NCBI GenBank assembly: GCA_963829055.1
Contig: CAWHHI010000019.1
Location: 64,001 to 128,000 of the forward strand
Direction of reading: 5' to 3'
DNA length: 64,000 nt
From: an uncultured Gemmatimonadaceae bacterium
GTDB lineage: Bacteria > Gemmatimonadota > Gemmatimonadetes > Gemmatimonadales > Gemmatimonadaceae
Shown here piece by piece: positions 33,347-46,111 of the stretch. The notes beneath the pieces were generated by a model. It made no database searches. It saw nothing but the letters and a program-made list of their open reading frames with translations, and was not told the origin of the DNA. Position 1 is the stretch's first letter, and each line of letters opens with the position of its first letter. The position numbers and the translations under genes were made by a program.

Positions 33347-33786
33347 TCGATCACGTCGCTCGCGCGCCATCGCGCGCGGCGCACCGCGTGACGCGCGCGC
33401 CGGCGACCACGCCTCGCGACCGCGGCCAACTCCATGGCGAGGTCACCCCAGGCATCGCCCGCGCGATGCCTGGCGACGCGTGCCTTCCGGCGAATCGCTG
33501 TCCGGGTCTCTTCACCCGAATTGGGGGCAAGGAGCAACGCTGCTCCGGCGCCTACCGCGGCGCCGATCAGCAGTCCGGCCCCCACCAGTCCGATACGCTC
33601 CCAGTTGACACTTCGGCGGTACGATGACCCACGTGGTCGCGTTACCGCGGGTGAGTCGTCCTCTACACGGACGTCGGGGTCACGCCGCGCATTGCTGGAC
33701 GAGGGCGAGTCGTCATCAGACGTCGTTGAGGGCGTTCCGGGACGTTTGCGCCCGGCGCGAGGTAAGCTGGGATCGGCGAATGACAT
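33343..33786 (-). CDS. YtxH-like domain protein
   Basis: GLLIGAAVGAGAALLLAPNSGEETR. Confidence 0.75.
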   Translation of the reverse strand: MSFADPSLPRAGRKRPGTPSTTSDDDSPSSSNARRDPDVRVEDDSPAVTRPRGSSYRRSVNWERIGLVGAGLLIGAAVGAGAALLLAPNSGEETRTAIRRKARVARHRAGDAWGDLAMELAAVARRGRRRARHAVRRARWRASDVID

Positions 33787-34043
33787 GGTGCTGGCTCTCT
33801 TTTTTGGCTGGTAAGAATCTTGCTATCTTCGGTCAGCAACGCGAGCACCGTCCGGCAGACGGCTCTTCAGAGGTACATCGGTCCCTGTCGTGCTGCATGC
33901 TGGTAGCCAGGAACGTTCGCGCTCGGTTGGGGACCACTCCGGTGCCTGACGCGCCATGATCTGGGCGCACTCTCGAGTGCCGCAATGCGCATATGTTTAC
34001 CGACAGACCGATTGGATCATCCGCGTCAGCCGTGAGGACTCGC

Positions 34044-34433
34044 ATGAACGGGAAGGGGAAGACAGTCCTGCTTGTGGAAGACAACGAGGATAACCGCATC
34101 GTTTATTCCACGATCCTCCGGCACTTCGGCTATACCGTCACGGAAGCGCTGAACGGGGAAGAAGGCATCAGCAAGGCGCGGGCAGAAAAGCCCGACCTCA
34201 TTCTGATGGACATTTCCATTCCGATCATCGACGGGTGGGAAGCGACGCAGGTGCTCAAGCACGATCCCGCGACGAACGACATCCCGATCATCGCGCTGAC
34301 TGCTCATGCGCTCGCCTCGGACCGCGAGAAGGCCATGGAAGTCGGCTGCGATGGGTACCTCGCAAAACCGTGTGAGCCGCGAGCAGTGGTGGCCGAGGTA
34401 CAGCGGTTCCTCGGACGCGACAATGGGTCGTGA
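34044..34433 (+). CDS. Single-domain response regulator, DivK-like
   Basis: VEDNEDN, PDLILMDI.IP.IDG, IPIIALTAHA, GCDGYLAKP. Confidence 0.93.
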   Translation: MNGKGKTVLLVEDNEDNRIVYSTILRHFGYTVTEALNGEEGISKARAEKPDLILMDISIPIIDGWEATQVLKHDPATNDIPIIALTAHALASDREKAMEVGCDGYLAKPCEPRAVVAEVQRFLGRDNGS

Positions 34434-35508
34434 CACACCCGCGCGAATCCTGATCGTCGACGATCACGAAGACAACATCGAGCTGTTGCGGGCGCGCCTC
34501 GAAGCGCGTGGCTATTGCATTGATACCGCCATGGACGGCGAGCAGGCCCTCGCTCGCGTCGCCAACACAGCACCCGATCTGATTCTGCTCGACGTGATGA
34601 TGCCGCGCATCGACGGGTTCGAAGTCGTGCGACGGCTCAAGGCAGACAAGACGCTGCCGTTCATCCCCATCATCCTGCAGACGGCCCTCGATTCCACCGA
34701 GCACAAGGTGGAAGGTCTCGACGCGGGAGCCGATGATTACATCACGAAGCCCATCAACTTCGCCGAGCTCGAAGCGCGCGTGAAGTCGATGCTACGCATC
34801 AAGGCGTTGCAGGACGCTCTCGAAGAACGAGAGCGCGAGCTGTCGGAGGTGAACAGCCGGCTGCTCAAGATGGCGCAGACCGATTCGCTGACGGAGCTCG
34901 ACAACCGACGCTACCTCGAGCAGCGCCTCGATGAAATGTTCGAACACTCGCGACGACTGAGAGAGCCCGTCGCGGTGGTGCTGTGTGATCTGGATCGCTT
35001 CAAGAGTGTGAACGACACCTACGGCCATCAGGTCGGCGATGTGGTATTGAAGGAGCTCGCGCGCATCCTCAAGAAAGAAGCGCGTGAGATCGACCGCGTC
35101 GGCCGGTACGGTGGTGAAGAGTTCATGCTCCTGTTGCCAGGGACGGTGCTCGACGCAGCCGTTACCTTCGCCGAGCGCGTGCGTAAAGCAGTAGAGGCTC
35201 ACACGTTCTCTTTTGACGGCGGGACACTGCAGCGCACGATGAGCTGCGGCGTGGCGGCGTGGCCGCACCCCCGGATCGCGGACTGTGATGCACTCGTCAA
35301 AGCTGCCGACGACGCGCTGTACGTGGCGAAGGAGACGGGAAGGAACCGTGTCATTCGTTTCGACAGCCAGGCCTTCAACGAGCACACCCAGGGCAAGACC
35401 GATGATCCACACGCCGAGATTGATGTCAGCGATCGAGCGCTATACCCAGCCGGAGCCGGAGACGGCCCAGCTGCGGGAGAGGATCGCGGAGCTTCAACGC
35501 GAGCGTGA
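34423..35508 (+). CDS. REC-GGDEF diguanylate cyclase, PleD/WspR-like
   Basis: REC (VDD, DLILLD, KP), DSLTELDNRR, DLDRFKSVNDTYGH, REID I-site, RYGGEEF. Confidence 0.93.
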   Translation: MGRDTPARILIVDDHEDNIELLRARLEARGYCIDTAMDGEQALARVANTAPDLILLDVMMPRIDGFEVVRRLKADKTLPFIPIILQTALDSTEHKVEGLDAGADDYITKPINFAELEARVKSMLRIKALQDALEERERELSEVNSRLLKMAQTDSLTELDNRRYLEQRLDEMFEHSRRLREPVAVVLCDLDRFKSVNDTYGHQVGDVVLKELARILKKEAREIDRVGRYGGEEFMLLLPGTVLDAAVTFAERVRKAVEAHTFSFDGGTLQRTMSCGVAAWPHPRIADCDALVKAADDALYVAKETGRNRVIRFDSQAFNEHTQGKTDDPHAEIDVSDRALYPAGAGDGPAAGEDRGASTRA

Positions 35509-36211
35509 TCAGCTCGTCGCGGTCGTCGACATCCTGCAGGACATTTCGTCCTCGCTGCATTTCGTAGACATTCTGCAGGCCATCGCCCGCAAGCTGGGCG
35601 AGACGTTCGGCCTGGATCGATGCTCGATCTACCTCGCGGGCGGTAATGCGGAAGTGCGGCTCGTCGCGAGCTACGAAGACCCGTCCATCCGGAACCTCGT
35701 CGTCGACCTCGATCGTTACCCGGAGCTCAAGCGGGCGTTCGAGTCCGGTGACACGGTGTTCATCCCCGACGCGCCTAACGACCCGCTCCTGCAGAACGCG
35801 CGCGCCGCGCTCGATGTCCGGAATGTCCGCTCGATCGTCGTCGTGCCCATCCGATGGCGATCCTCGGTCATCGGCGCGATCTTCCTGCGCACGGAGCGCG
35901 AGTCGGATGCGTTCACCGAGAGTGACGTCCGTTTCTGCCAGGTGATCGCGTCGCTCACGGCCAAGGCGCTTCGCAACGCGCACCGCTTCGAGTCGCTGCT
36001 CCGCTCGAGTGATGACCGCGAAGACACGCGACGCCGCTCGGAGCTCGAGCGAATCGCGCTCGTCGCGTTCCTTCGACGGCTGCTCGATCGTCATACGGCG
36101 CGCGAGGATCACCTCTGGGCCGAAACGCTGCTGCCCCGTGCGTCCGACGACGAGCTGGATCGGCTGGTCTCCGTTGCGATGCAAGTACTGGAAGAAGAAG
36201 CAAAGGGATAG
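35402..36211 (+). CDS. GAF-domain protein without a recognisable output domain
   Basis: Coiled coil, then ISSSL...IL..I...L....DRCSIYL...RSIVVVPI...VIGAIFL...FT. Confidence 0.8.
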   Translation: MIHTPRLMSAIERYTQPEPETAQLRERIAELQRERDQLVAVVDILQDISSSLHFVDILQAIARKLGETFGLDRCSIYLAGGNAEVRLVASYEDPSIRNLVVDLDRYPELKRAFESGDTVFIPDAPNDPLLQNARAALDVRNVRSIVVVPIRWRSSVIGAIFLRTERESDAFTESDVRFCQVIASLTAKALRNAHRFESLLRSSDDREDTRRRSELERIALVAFLRRLLDRHTAREDHLWAETLLPRASDDELDRLVSVAMQVLEEEAKG

Positions 36212-36295
36212 GTCGAACGGCGGCTGGTTGCTGGGTGGTCGTGCTGGTTGCTGGGTGACGCTGAGGTGAGTGCTCGCCGTTGAGCTGCTGGCTGA

Positions 36296-38456
<2,161 letters not shown>

Positions 38457-38477
38457 GCCATCACCGACAGCCATTTC

Positions 38478-39095
38478 ATGCACAGTCCGAAAGCCATGCC
38501 ACAGTCGCTCGATCTCGCGAACCATCAGCTGCTCGCGCTCACGCGCTCGTCGCTCGCCGCGCTTCGATCGGCACTGATTCGCGATGCCGGTCCCGCAGCC
38601 GCGGCGTACCTGCAGGAGGCCGGCTACGCGGGTGGCGAGACAATGTTCGAGTCGTTTCGTAGCTGGGTCGGCACGCGCACGGACGCGCAGCCCGAGGAGC
38701 TCGACGTCGAGCAGTTCGAACAGCTGGCGACCGAGTACTTCCGCGACGCGGGCTGGGGATCGCTCCGGGTCGGGACCCTGAACGACGCGGTGGCGACGCT
38801 CGACTCAGAGGATTGGGGCGAGGCCGATCCGAACAGCGGCCTGGATTACCCCGCCTGTCACCTGACGACGGGCATGTTCGCCGACTTCTTCGGCCGCATT
38901 GCCGACACGCCGCTCGCGGTGCTGGAGGTGGAATGCCGCTCGATGGGCGCGCCACGATGCCGGTTTCTGGTCGGCAACGCGGACGTCATGGAGCACGTGT
39001 ACGACGAAATGGGCCGCGGCGTAGCGTACGACGAGGCGGTAAGCGGCGTCTCTGAACTGCGGCGGTTGCTGGGTGGTCGTGCGGTGGCTGGGTAG
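38478..39095 (+). CDS. Stand-alone V4R (4VR) domain protein
   Basis: LQEAGY.GG, AGWG, ACH...G, EVECRSMGAPRCRF. Confidence 0.85.
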   Translation: MHSPKAMPQSLDLANHQLLALTRSSLAALRSALIRDAGPAAAAYLQEAGYAGGETMFESFRSWVGTRTDAQPEELDVEQFEQLATEYFRDAGWGSLRVGTLNDAVATLDSEDWGEADPNSGLDYPACHLTTGMFADFFGRIADTPLAVLEVECRSMGAPRCRFLVGNADVMEHVYDEMGRGVAYDEAVSGVSELRRLLGGRAVAG

Positions 39096-39133
39096 CTGGG
39101 TGCTACCCGCAACAGCGAGCATCCAGCGCTGTA

Positions 39134-39667
39134 CTAGTCAGCTTTCCCGATGACGCCGGCGTACATGGGATTCAGGACGAGCTCGCCGTTCACGAGTACT
39201 TCGCGATCCCACGGCAGGATGATCGTGCTCTCGGTCGCCAGGGCGTGGAAATCGGGCTCGTACGCGCCCGTCCGGAATGAGACCGCGGTCCGCACTTCTG
39301 TCGCGCCAGCGTTCACGATCGCTGACACCGCGAGCCGCATGGTTGCGCCCGAATCGCACGTCTCATCGACGATGAGGACCCGCTTGCCCCGTGCCTCGCC
39401 GGGCGCCGCGCCGAGCACTGCCGGGGTCTGCCGCACCGTTTCCCCGCGGTAGCGCCGGCTCACCATGATCGAGTGAAATTCGCGGTCGAGGATGGCCGCG
39501 ACGACCGCGCCGGGCACGACGCCCGCGGTGGCAACGCCCACGACGATCTCTGGGTCATATTCACGCGCGACCTTGAGCGCGAGCGCTCGCGAGAGCTCTC
39601 CGAAGAGCGGCCACTCGATCTCGAGTACGCCCTTCATCGGGTCGACTTCATAACGACGTGGCGACAT
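39134..39667 (-). CDS. Type I phosphoribosyltransferase
   Basis: VLIVDETCDSGATM PRPP loop, IILPW. Confidence 0.88.
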   Translation of the reverse strand: MSPRRYEVDPMKGVLEIEWPLFGELSRALALKVAREYDPEIVVGVATAGVVPGAVVAAILDREFHSIMVSRRYRGETVRQTPAVLGAAPGEARGKRVLIVDETCDSGATMRLAVSAIVNAGATEVRTAVSFRTGAYEPDFHALATESTIILPWDREVLVNGELVLNPMYAGVIGKAD

Positions 39668-39832
39668 GCGGCTCCGGAAGGGTGGTGACGCGAAAGCTAA
39701 TGACTGATGGCTTCTTCGGTTGCTCGCCTACCCGACACGTAATACCTTTGCGGCTCCGGATTCGGCGGTGCGCCTCCCTCGCGAAGGCGTGCTTCGCGCC
39801 GGTTTCGTTCATCATCAGCCGATCCCGACCGC

Positions 39833-40294
39833 ATGTCCTGGTGGAGCCGCGCCTTTGGCGGCAAGTCCCCGCGTGAGATCAAGCCGCAGCGCCTCGACTA
39901 TTTGAACGAAGCGCTGATGCTCGAACGACAGGGCGATTACGACGCCGCGCTGACGTCGTATCGGCTTGCGTTGCGGGACAAGCCTGATGATCACCGCGTG
40001 CTTCAGAACATGGCGATCGCCTTCTCGAAGACGGGACGCCACGAAGAAGCCGTGCGCTGCTACCGGCGGGCGCTCGAGCTCGAGCCCAAGCTGTCCGGAG
40101 CGCACTACGGTCTCGCGTTCCTGCTGCTCAAGAAGGGCGACGCCGAAGGCGCCATCAGCCATCTCGAGGCGTTCCTCAGCCAACCGCCATCAGGCGGGGA
40201 AGCGGACCGATGGGTACGCCACGCCCAACAGACGCTCGATGATCTGCGCTCTGGCGCCGAGCCTGGGGCGACTCGCGAACTGACCGAGCCATAG
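39833..40294 (+). CDS. TPR protein
   Basis: GDYDAAL..Y..AL...P; N.AIA....G..EEA...YRRALELEP. Confidence 0.85.
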   Translation: MSWWSRAFGGKSPREIKPQRLDYLNEALMLERQGDYDAALTSYRLALRDKPDDHRVLQNMAIAFSKTGRHEEAVRCYRRALELEPKLSGAHYGLAFLLLKKGDAEGAISHLEAFLSQPPSGGEADRWVRHAQQTLDDLRSGAEPGATRELTEP

Positions 40295-40296
40295 CG

Positions 40297-41064
40297 GTGG
40301 GGCACGTGCTCGCGGTGGTAAGTCAGAAGGGCGGCGTGGGTAAGACGACGACTTCCGTCAACCTTGCTGCCGCATTCGCCAGGCGCGGGCTCAAGACGCT
40401 GATCGTCGACGTCGATCCGCAGGGCGCGGTGCGCTACGGCGTCGGGCTCAAGCGTGGGCACCCGACGTTCGGGTTTTCCGATTATCTCAATGGCGCGCGC
40501 GGACTGCGTGAGGTGATCCTGCCGACCGCCCTGCCCTGGCTCCGCGTGATGCTCGCCGGGACGGTCAGCGACGCCGCGGATCACGGGACGTATCACGCGC
40601 TCGTCGCCGAGACGGATCTCCTGAAGGACCTGCTGGACGCGGCGCGCGAGCGCTGTCACGTGGTGATCGTGGACACGCCCCCGGGATTAGGCCCTATCGT
40701 TCACAAGGTGCTCGAGGCGAGTCAGCACGTGATCGTGCCGCTGCAGTGCGAGCCACTCGCGCTGCAGACAACACCGCAGATCCTGCGGGGTATTCAGGAG
40801 ATCGTCGCGACGAACGAGGAGCTCACGCTCGACGGCATCCTGCTGACGATGTACGAGCGCGAGAATCCGGCCTGTCAGCGGGTGGCGCAGTACGTGCGCT
40901 CGCATCTCCCAGCGAACATGGTATTCGATGTGGTGATTCCACGGACGACAGCGTCGACGGAAGCGTTCGCGGCGGGGCAGCCGGTCGTGCTGCGCGAGCC
41001 CGCGGACGCGGCGGCGCAGGCGTACGTCAACCTGGCGACGCTGCTCGCGCAACGGTTCGAGTGA
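40297..41064 (+). CDS. ParA/Soj family ATPase (orphan)
   Basis: SQKGGVGKTT, DVDPQG, IVDTPP, VPLQCE.LAL, GILLTM. Confidence 0.92.
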   Translation: MGHVLAVVSQKGGVGKTTTSVNLAAAFARRGLKTLIVDVDPQGAVRYGVGLKRGHPTFGFSDYLNGARGLREVILPTALPWLRVMLAGTVSDAADHGTYHALVAETDLLKDLLDAARERCHVVIVDTPPGLGPIVHKVLEASQHVIVPLQCEPLALQTTPQILRGIQEIVATNEELTLDGILLTMYERENPACQRVAQYVRSHLPANMVFDVVIPRTTASTEAFAAGQPVVLREPADAAAQAYVNLATLLAQRFE

Positions 41065-41860
41065 TGCGTCGATCCGGCGTACTGGTTGCTCTCGTCGCCG
41101 TCGTGGGCGCCGCGTGTACGGAGGTCGGCAGCGACCCTAACGCGGTGGTCGCCATCCGCTTCGATGGGTCGGCATATCCGTCCATCGTCGCCGGAGATTC
41201 CCTGCGCGATTCGCTCGGAACGCTGCAGCCGCTGCAGGCGGTGGGGCTGAACTACAAGAGCGTACCGGTGGTGGGTGCGCCGTTCGTGTTCTCGAGCCCG
41301 GACACGATTCTGCGACTCGCCAGCAACGGTGGCGTCTTCGCGGTCGGTCGAAAAGCGAATGCGACGCCCGCACGGGTGTTCGCGACGATCGGATCGCTGC
41401 AGAGCGTGCCGGACTCGTTGGTCGTCGTGCCGCGTGCCGACTCCATCGAGAGCGGAGAAGGACATCCTCGTCACCGTCGCGAATGCCTCGAACGAAGGCA
41501 TAGCCCCAGCCGACTCGCTCCCCTTCGTGGTTCTCGGAGACACTGTCCCGGGCCCACCAAAGGCACCGATCCCATCGTGGCTGGTGAGCTTCCAGCTTCG
41601 CTACAAAGGCGTACTGCTGGTGCCGACCGATACGTCGGTCGCTTACACCTTCGTGCCAGGCAACGAGGCGCGACCACGGATACCGACGTACATCGATACC
41701 ACGGACGCCAGTGGCCGCGTGACGCGAGGCGTGGTCCTGCGAACAGTCTCGACGACAGTGGCCGAGGACACGATCTTCGTCGATCGCGACGACGCGCGCG
41801 CGCAAGACGAACGCGCCGCCGATCTCGAAAGAAATCAGGATCCTCATACGACGCCAGTGA
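41064..41860 (+). CDS. Lipoprotein, hypothetical (two apparent +1 frameshifts, near 41455 and 41783)
   Basis: VGAAC lipobox. Reading continues through three frames to IRILIRRQ*, whose TGA overlaps the next GTG. Confidence 0.65.
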
Positions 41861-43735
41861 CACATACGAGTGCATCCGCCGCTTCGACGTCATTCTCCTC
41901 GGGCCCAAATCCGGAGACGCCGACGTACGCTCGCGGCGGGCCACGTCCCCAACCCGGCACGCTCAACCAGCTGCTGTTCGAGGCCGTCGAGAAGTACAAC
42001 AAGCCAGACGCGATGCTCGTGCGCATCGGCGAGCAATACACGCCGATTTCGCACGCAACGCTCCTCGAGCGCATTCGGCGCGTCAGCTACGGGCTCAAGG
42101 CGATTGGCATTCAACGCGGCGACCGCGTTGCGATCCTGTCCGAGAACCGACCCGAGTGGTCGATCGCGGATTTCGCCTGCCTGACGAGTGGCGTCACCGA
42201 CGTGCCGCTGTATCCGAGCCTTCCGGCCGAGCAGATCGGCTATCCGCTTCGTGATTCCGGCGCCGTCGCGATCTTCGTGTCGACCGCGGAGCAGGCCGCA
42301 AAGATCGCCGCGATTCGGGACGAGGTCCCGCTGATCAAGACGGTCATCGTATTCGACGCCTCCGCCGCGAAGCATGCAGACATGACGTTCGACGCGCTCG
42401 AGCAACGCGGCGGCGCCGGTGACTCGCCGGCACGTGCCGCCGAATTCCGCGCCGAAGCGCTCCGCGTCCAGCCGAATGACCTCGCAACCATTCTGTACAC
42501 GTCCGGCACCACCGGCGCGCCGAAGGGCGTGATGCTGTCGCACGACAACATCCACTCCAACGTCGCCGCCACGCGGAACGCTCTCGTTATGCGCGGCGAC
42601 GACGTGTCGCTGAGCTTCCTGCCGCTATCGCACATCCTGCAGCGGATGGGCGACTACTGGTTCTTCACGACAGGAACGTGCATCGCGTACGTGGACTCGT
42701 TCGATCTCGTGCCGCTCGCAATGTCGCAGGTGCGCCCGACCATCGCCATCTCGGTGCCACGGCTGTACGAGAAGATGTATGCGCGCGTGCTCGAGAACGC
42801 GCTCGCCGGTGGCGCGGCGAAGAAGCGCATCTTCTTCTGGGCGCGCCGGGTGGGGGATCGATGGGCCGATGAGAAGCTCGCTGGTCGCGAGCCGGGTGGA
42901 CTGCTCGCCATGCAGTACTCGATCGCGCAGCGACTCGTGTTCTCGAAGCTCAAGGCACGCACGGGCGGACGCCTTCGCTACTTCGTGTCGGGCGGCGCGC
43001 CGCTCGCGCCGGAGATCAACAAGTTCTTCTATGCGGCAGGGCTCATGATTCTCGAGGGCTACGGTCTCACCGAGACATCACCGGTCATCGGCGTCAACAC
43101 GCCGGAGAACTTCCGCATCGGAACGATCGGCAAGCCCATTGACGGCGTCGAGGTCAAGATCGCGGAAGACGGGGAGATACTGACGCGCGGACCTAACGTC
43201 ATGCGGGGCTATTACAACCAGCCCGACGCCACGCGAGATGCCATCGACGCCGAGGGCTGGTTCAAGACAGGCGACATTGGGGTGATCGAGGACGGATTCA
43301 TCCGTATCACCGATCGCAAGAAGGACATCATCGTCACAGCCGGCGGCAAGAACATCGCGCCGCAGCCGATCGAGAACACGGTCAAAACGAACAAGTACGT
43401 CTCGCAGGCTGTCATGATCGGCGACAAGCGCAAGTTCCCCGTCGATGCTCGTGGTGCCTAACTGGGACAACCTGGAGAAGTGGGCGAAGATCAAGAACAT
43501 TCTCTGGACTGAGCGCGCGCAACTGCTCGCGATGCCGACCATCCAGGCGAAAATGGACAAGGAAGTGCGGTCACAGTTCGAAGGGCTCGCGCACTTCGAG
43601 ACGCCGAAGAAGATCGCCTTGCTCGAGCACGACTTCTCTGTCGACTCCGGCGAGCTGACGCCGACGCTCAAGGTCAAGCGCCGGGTGATCGACAAGAACT
43701 ACAAGTCGGTCATCGACGGTCTGTACGTCGACTGA
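41857..43735 (+). CDS. fadD: Long-chain fatty-acid-CoA ligase (apparent +1 frameshift near 43440)
   Basis: YTSGTTGAPKG, FLPLSH, SGGAPL, EGYGLTET, TGDIG, DRKKD, ELTPTLKVKR. Confidence 0.93.
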
Positions 43736-43785
43736 GCGACGGCCCCTGAGTCGCGCGGCGTCGAAGCGCTGACCCCGATCGTTCG

Positions 43786-44433
43786 ATGTTCATCGAGCTC
43801 GTGGATTCTCTGCGCTGTCTCGAGCCACATGAGGAGACGTGGCTCGTCGCGTCCGTCAGTCGCATGGATGGTCGCGATATCGTCGACGGCACGCTGGGAT
43901 GCCCGATCTGTCGGCGAGAGTACCCCATTCGCGAGAGCGTGGGCTGGTTCACGTCCGACGGCCGCGCCGCAACCGGCCGCCTAACGCCGCTCCGCGCCGC
44001 AGATGATGACGATCGACTCATGCGAGCCGCCGCGCTGCTCGGCCTGGCGGACGCCGGCGGCATCGTCGCGCTCGGCGGACCGTGGACGGAAGTCGCCAAC
44101 CGGCTGCCGGCGTTGGGAGTTGCGCACGTCGTCGTCCTGAATGCGGCGCCCTCCGACGAGCATCCGCAGGAAGTCTCGGCGCTCGTCGTCGACGATCGGC
44201 TACCGTTCCGCCAGGGCGGCCTGCGCGGCGTGGCGCTCGGCGGAGACACCGCGACGTCCACGCTCGTGTCCTCGGCCGCGACGGTGCTGCGAAGCCGCGG
44301 CCGGCTCGTGGCGCCGTCGGACGTGGCTGTTCCGCCGGACATCACGGAACTGGCGCGCGACGCGGCTGACTGGGTTGGTGAACGAGCCGTCGTGGCATCG
44401 CCGCCGATCGCGCTCCGGTCATCGCGTCGTTAG
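43786..44433 (+). CDS. Trm112-like Zn-ribbon plus degenerate methyltransferase-like domain
   Basis: LRC...H...L.CP.C.REYPI..G, later D.LPF.......V...VLR..GRLV. Confidence 0.55.
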   Translation: MFIELVDSLRCLEPHEETWLVASVSRMDGRDIVDGTLGCPICRREYPIRESVGWFTSDGRAATGRLTPLRAADDDDRLMRAAALLGLADAGGIVALGGPWTEVANRLPALGVAHVVVLNAAPSDEHPQEVSALVVDDRLPFRQGGLRGVALGGDTATSTLVSSAATVLRSRGRLVAPSDVAVPPDITELARDAADWVGERAVVASPPIALRSSRR

Positions 44434-44475
44434 GCATCGCGGCCGTTGAGGCGCGTCAGCCAGAGCGCCGGCGAT

Positions 44476-44643
44476 TGTCATCCCGAGCGTCACCCGTGTC
44501 ATCCCGAGCGCGGGAGCCCGCGCAGCGGGCGCGTGAGGGATCTTCTCGAACGTGCTCGTGGCTTGACTGGCTGCGATGGCATCACAAAAGGTCCCTCGTC
44601 AGGCACCCGCCTGCGGCGAGGCTCCCGCGCTCATCCGGATACA
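44476..44643. repeat. REP-like element, copy 3 (doubled left end)
   Basis: TGTCATCCCGAGCG twice (44476, 44497), GAGCGCGGGAGCC ... GGCTCCCGCGCTC arms. Confidence 0.75.
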
Positions 44644-44650
44644 CACCACG

Positions 44651-45134
44651 TTATCGCGCCAATCCAGCCACGCGCGCGGCGTCGAGGCGATACCACACCG
44701 AACTGGGGACTGGAACACGCGAGCTCGGCGACGCGAGAATCAGAGTCGATCCCGCCGCGCTGGCAGTGCGCGTGAACGGCTGCCCTGGCGCGAGACCGAT
44801 GGCCGCCGCCTCGGCGTTGCCTGTACCGGGAACAAGCGTGAGCGCTCCGCCGGTCGCGAGATCTGCTCGGCCCGATACCGTAATCGGTGCGCGATTCGTG
44901 TAGTTGGCGGTGAGCTCGAACGACCCCGGTGCCAGCACGAGGTCGACCTGCGACGCGCCCGCGAACGACGTCGAATCTATCGGGGTGGCGAGCACCCAAT
45001 GACCCAGCACGCTGGTCGTCGGAGCCCCGCTGTCGCTGAGCGAGCGGGTTTGCTGCACCTGTGGTGCAAGCGGCGGATCCGGCAAGCCCCAGCGTCAGGG
45101 CGAACATGATGTGTGAACGCGTTCGTGAAAGCAT
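44651..45134 (-). CDS. Lipoprotein, lipocalin-like beta fold suspected (apparent +1 frameshift near 45060)
   Basis: GAGGAGG then ATG 45134, SAAC lipobox, continues as QTRSLSDSG...LGHWVL. Confidence 0.6.
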
Positions 45135-45215
45135 TCGGCTGCCTCCTCGAGTCTGGCCAGCCTGAAGTGCAGAAACCACGCCCGCTCGCCTACTCGAAGC
45201 GGCGCGGCTGCGGTC

Positions 45216-45379
45216 GTCATTCCGAGCGGGGTTGTCATTCCGAGCGGAGCCGCGAAGCGGCGGAGTCGAGGAATCGCGACCACACGGGTAGAGGGCTCTC
45301 CACCAAGACGCGAAGGATTCCTCGACCCGTGGCGACCCGCTGACGCTCGCTCGGAATGACACCAGCCGCTCGGAATGAC
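45216..45379. repeat. REP-like element, copy 4 (both ends doubled)
   Basis: GTCATTCCGAGCGG twice ... GCTCGGAATGAC twice, inner GTCGAGGAATC/GATTCCTCGAC, near-identical to copy 1. Confidence 0.85.
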
Positions 45380-45388
45380 AGCCCGCCT

Positions 45389-46111
45389 CTAGCTGCGAGA
45401 GAGACGCAGCTCGTCGACGTTCACGTCGGGCGGCTGTGTCACCGCGTAGAGCACCGCATCGGCCACCGCCTGTGCGCTCAGCATCTGTGCGCGAGGAGTG
45501 AACCCAGCTCGATTGTCCGGATCAATGGCGTCCCACACCGGTGTGTCGACCGGTCCCGGTGAGACGAGTGTCGCACGCACACCCGAGCCGCGCGTTTCCA
45601 GGCGAAGTACTTCGTGCACGGCACGCATGCCGTGCTTGCTCGCGGCATACGCAGCGTTCTCAGGAAACACGGTGCGATCCACCACGGATCCAATGGACAC
45701 GATGTGTCCACTCCCCCGCGCGCGCATGCCCGGCAGGAACGCTCGGACGAAGCGCACCGGTGCGACGAGGTTCGTCTCGAGATCGGTCGAGAACGCAGAC
45801 GGATCGAGCGAGTCTATCGTCGCGAGATTGAAGGCGCCGGCGTTGTTCACCAGCACATCGGGCGCGCCGCCGAATGCGCCGTCGATGATCTCAACGGCGG
45901 ACACGACGTCGGCCACGATCGACACGTCACATGCGATCGCCAAACCGCGCCCGTCAGAGCGCTCCGCCACCTCGCGCAACGGTATCTCGTTCCGTGCGAT
46001 GAGTGCTACGCGCGCGCCCGCGTCGATGAGTGCCTGCGCAATCGCGCGCCCGATCCCGCGAGACGCCCCGGTGACGACGGCGGTCGTTCGCGTTAGGCGA
46101 TCAGCGCCCAT
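45389..46111 (-). CDS. SDR family oxidoreductase
   Basis: TGASRGIG, VNNAG, YAASK, PGPVDT. Confidence 0.93.
   Translation of the reverse strand: MGADRLTRTTAVVTGASRGIGRAIAQALIDAGARVALIARNEIPLREVAERSDGRGLAIACDVSIVADVVSAVEIIDGAFGGAPDVLVNNAGAFNLATIDSLDPSAFSTDLETNLVAPVRFVRAFLPGMRARGSGHIVSIGSVVDRTVFPENAAYAASKHGMRAVHEVLRLETRGSGVRATLVSPGPVDTPVWDAIDPDNRAGFTPRAQMLSAQAVADAVLYAVTQPPDVNVDELRLSRS

Noticed and set aside
41275..43461. 728-aa FadD with a novel N-terminal domain
   Set aside because: The N-terminal part belongs to the frameshifted upstream lipoprotein. FadD starts at 41857.
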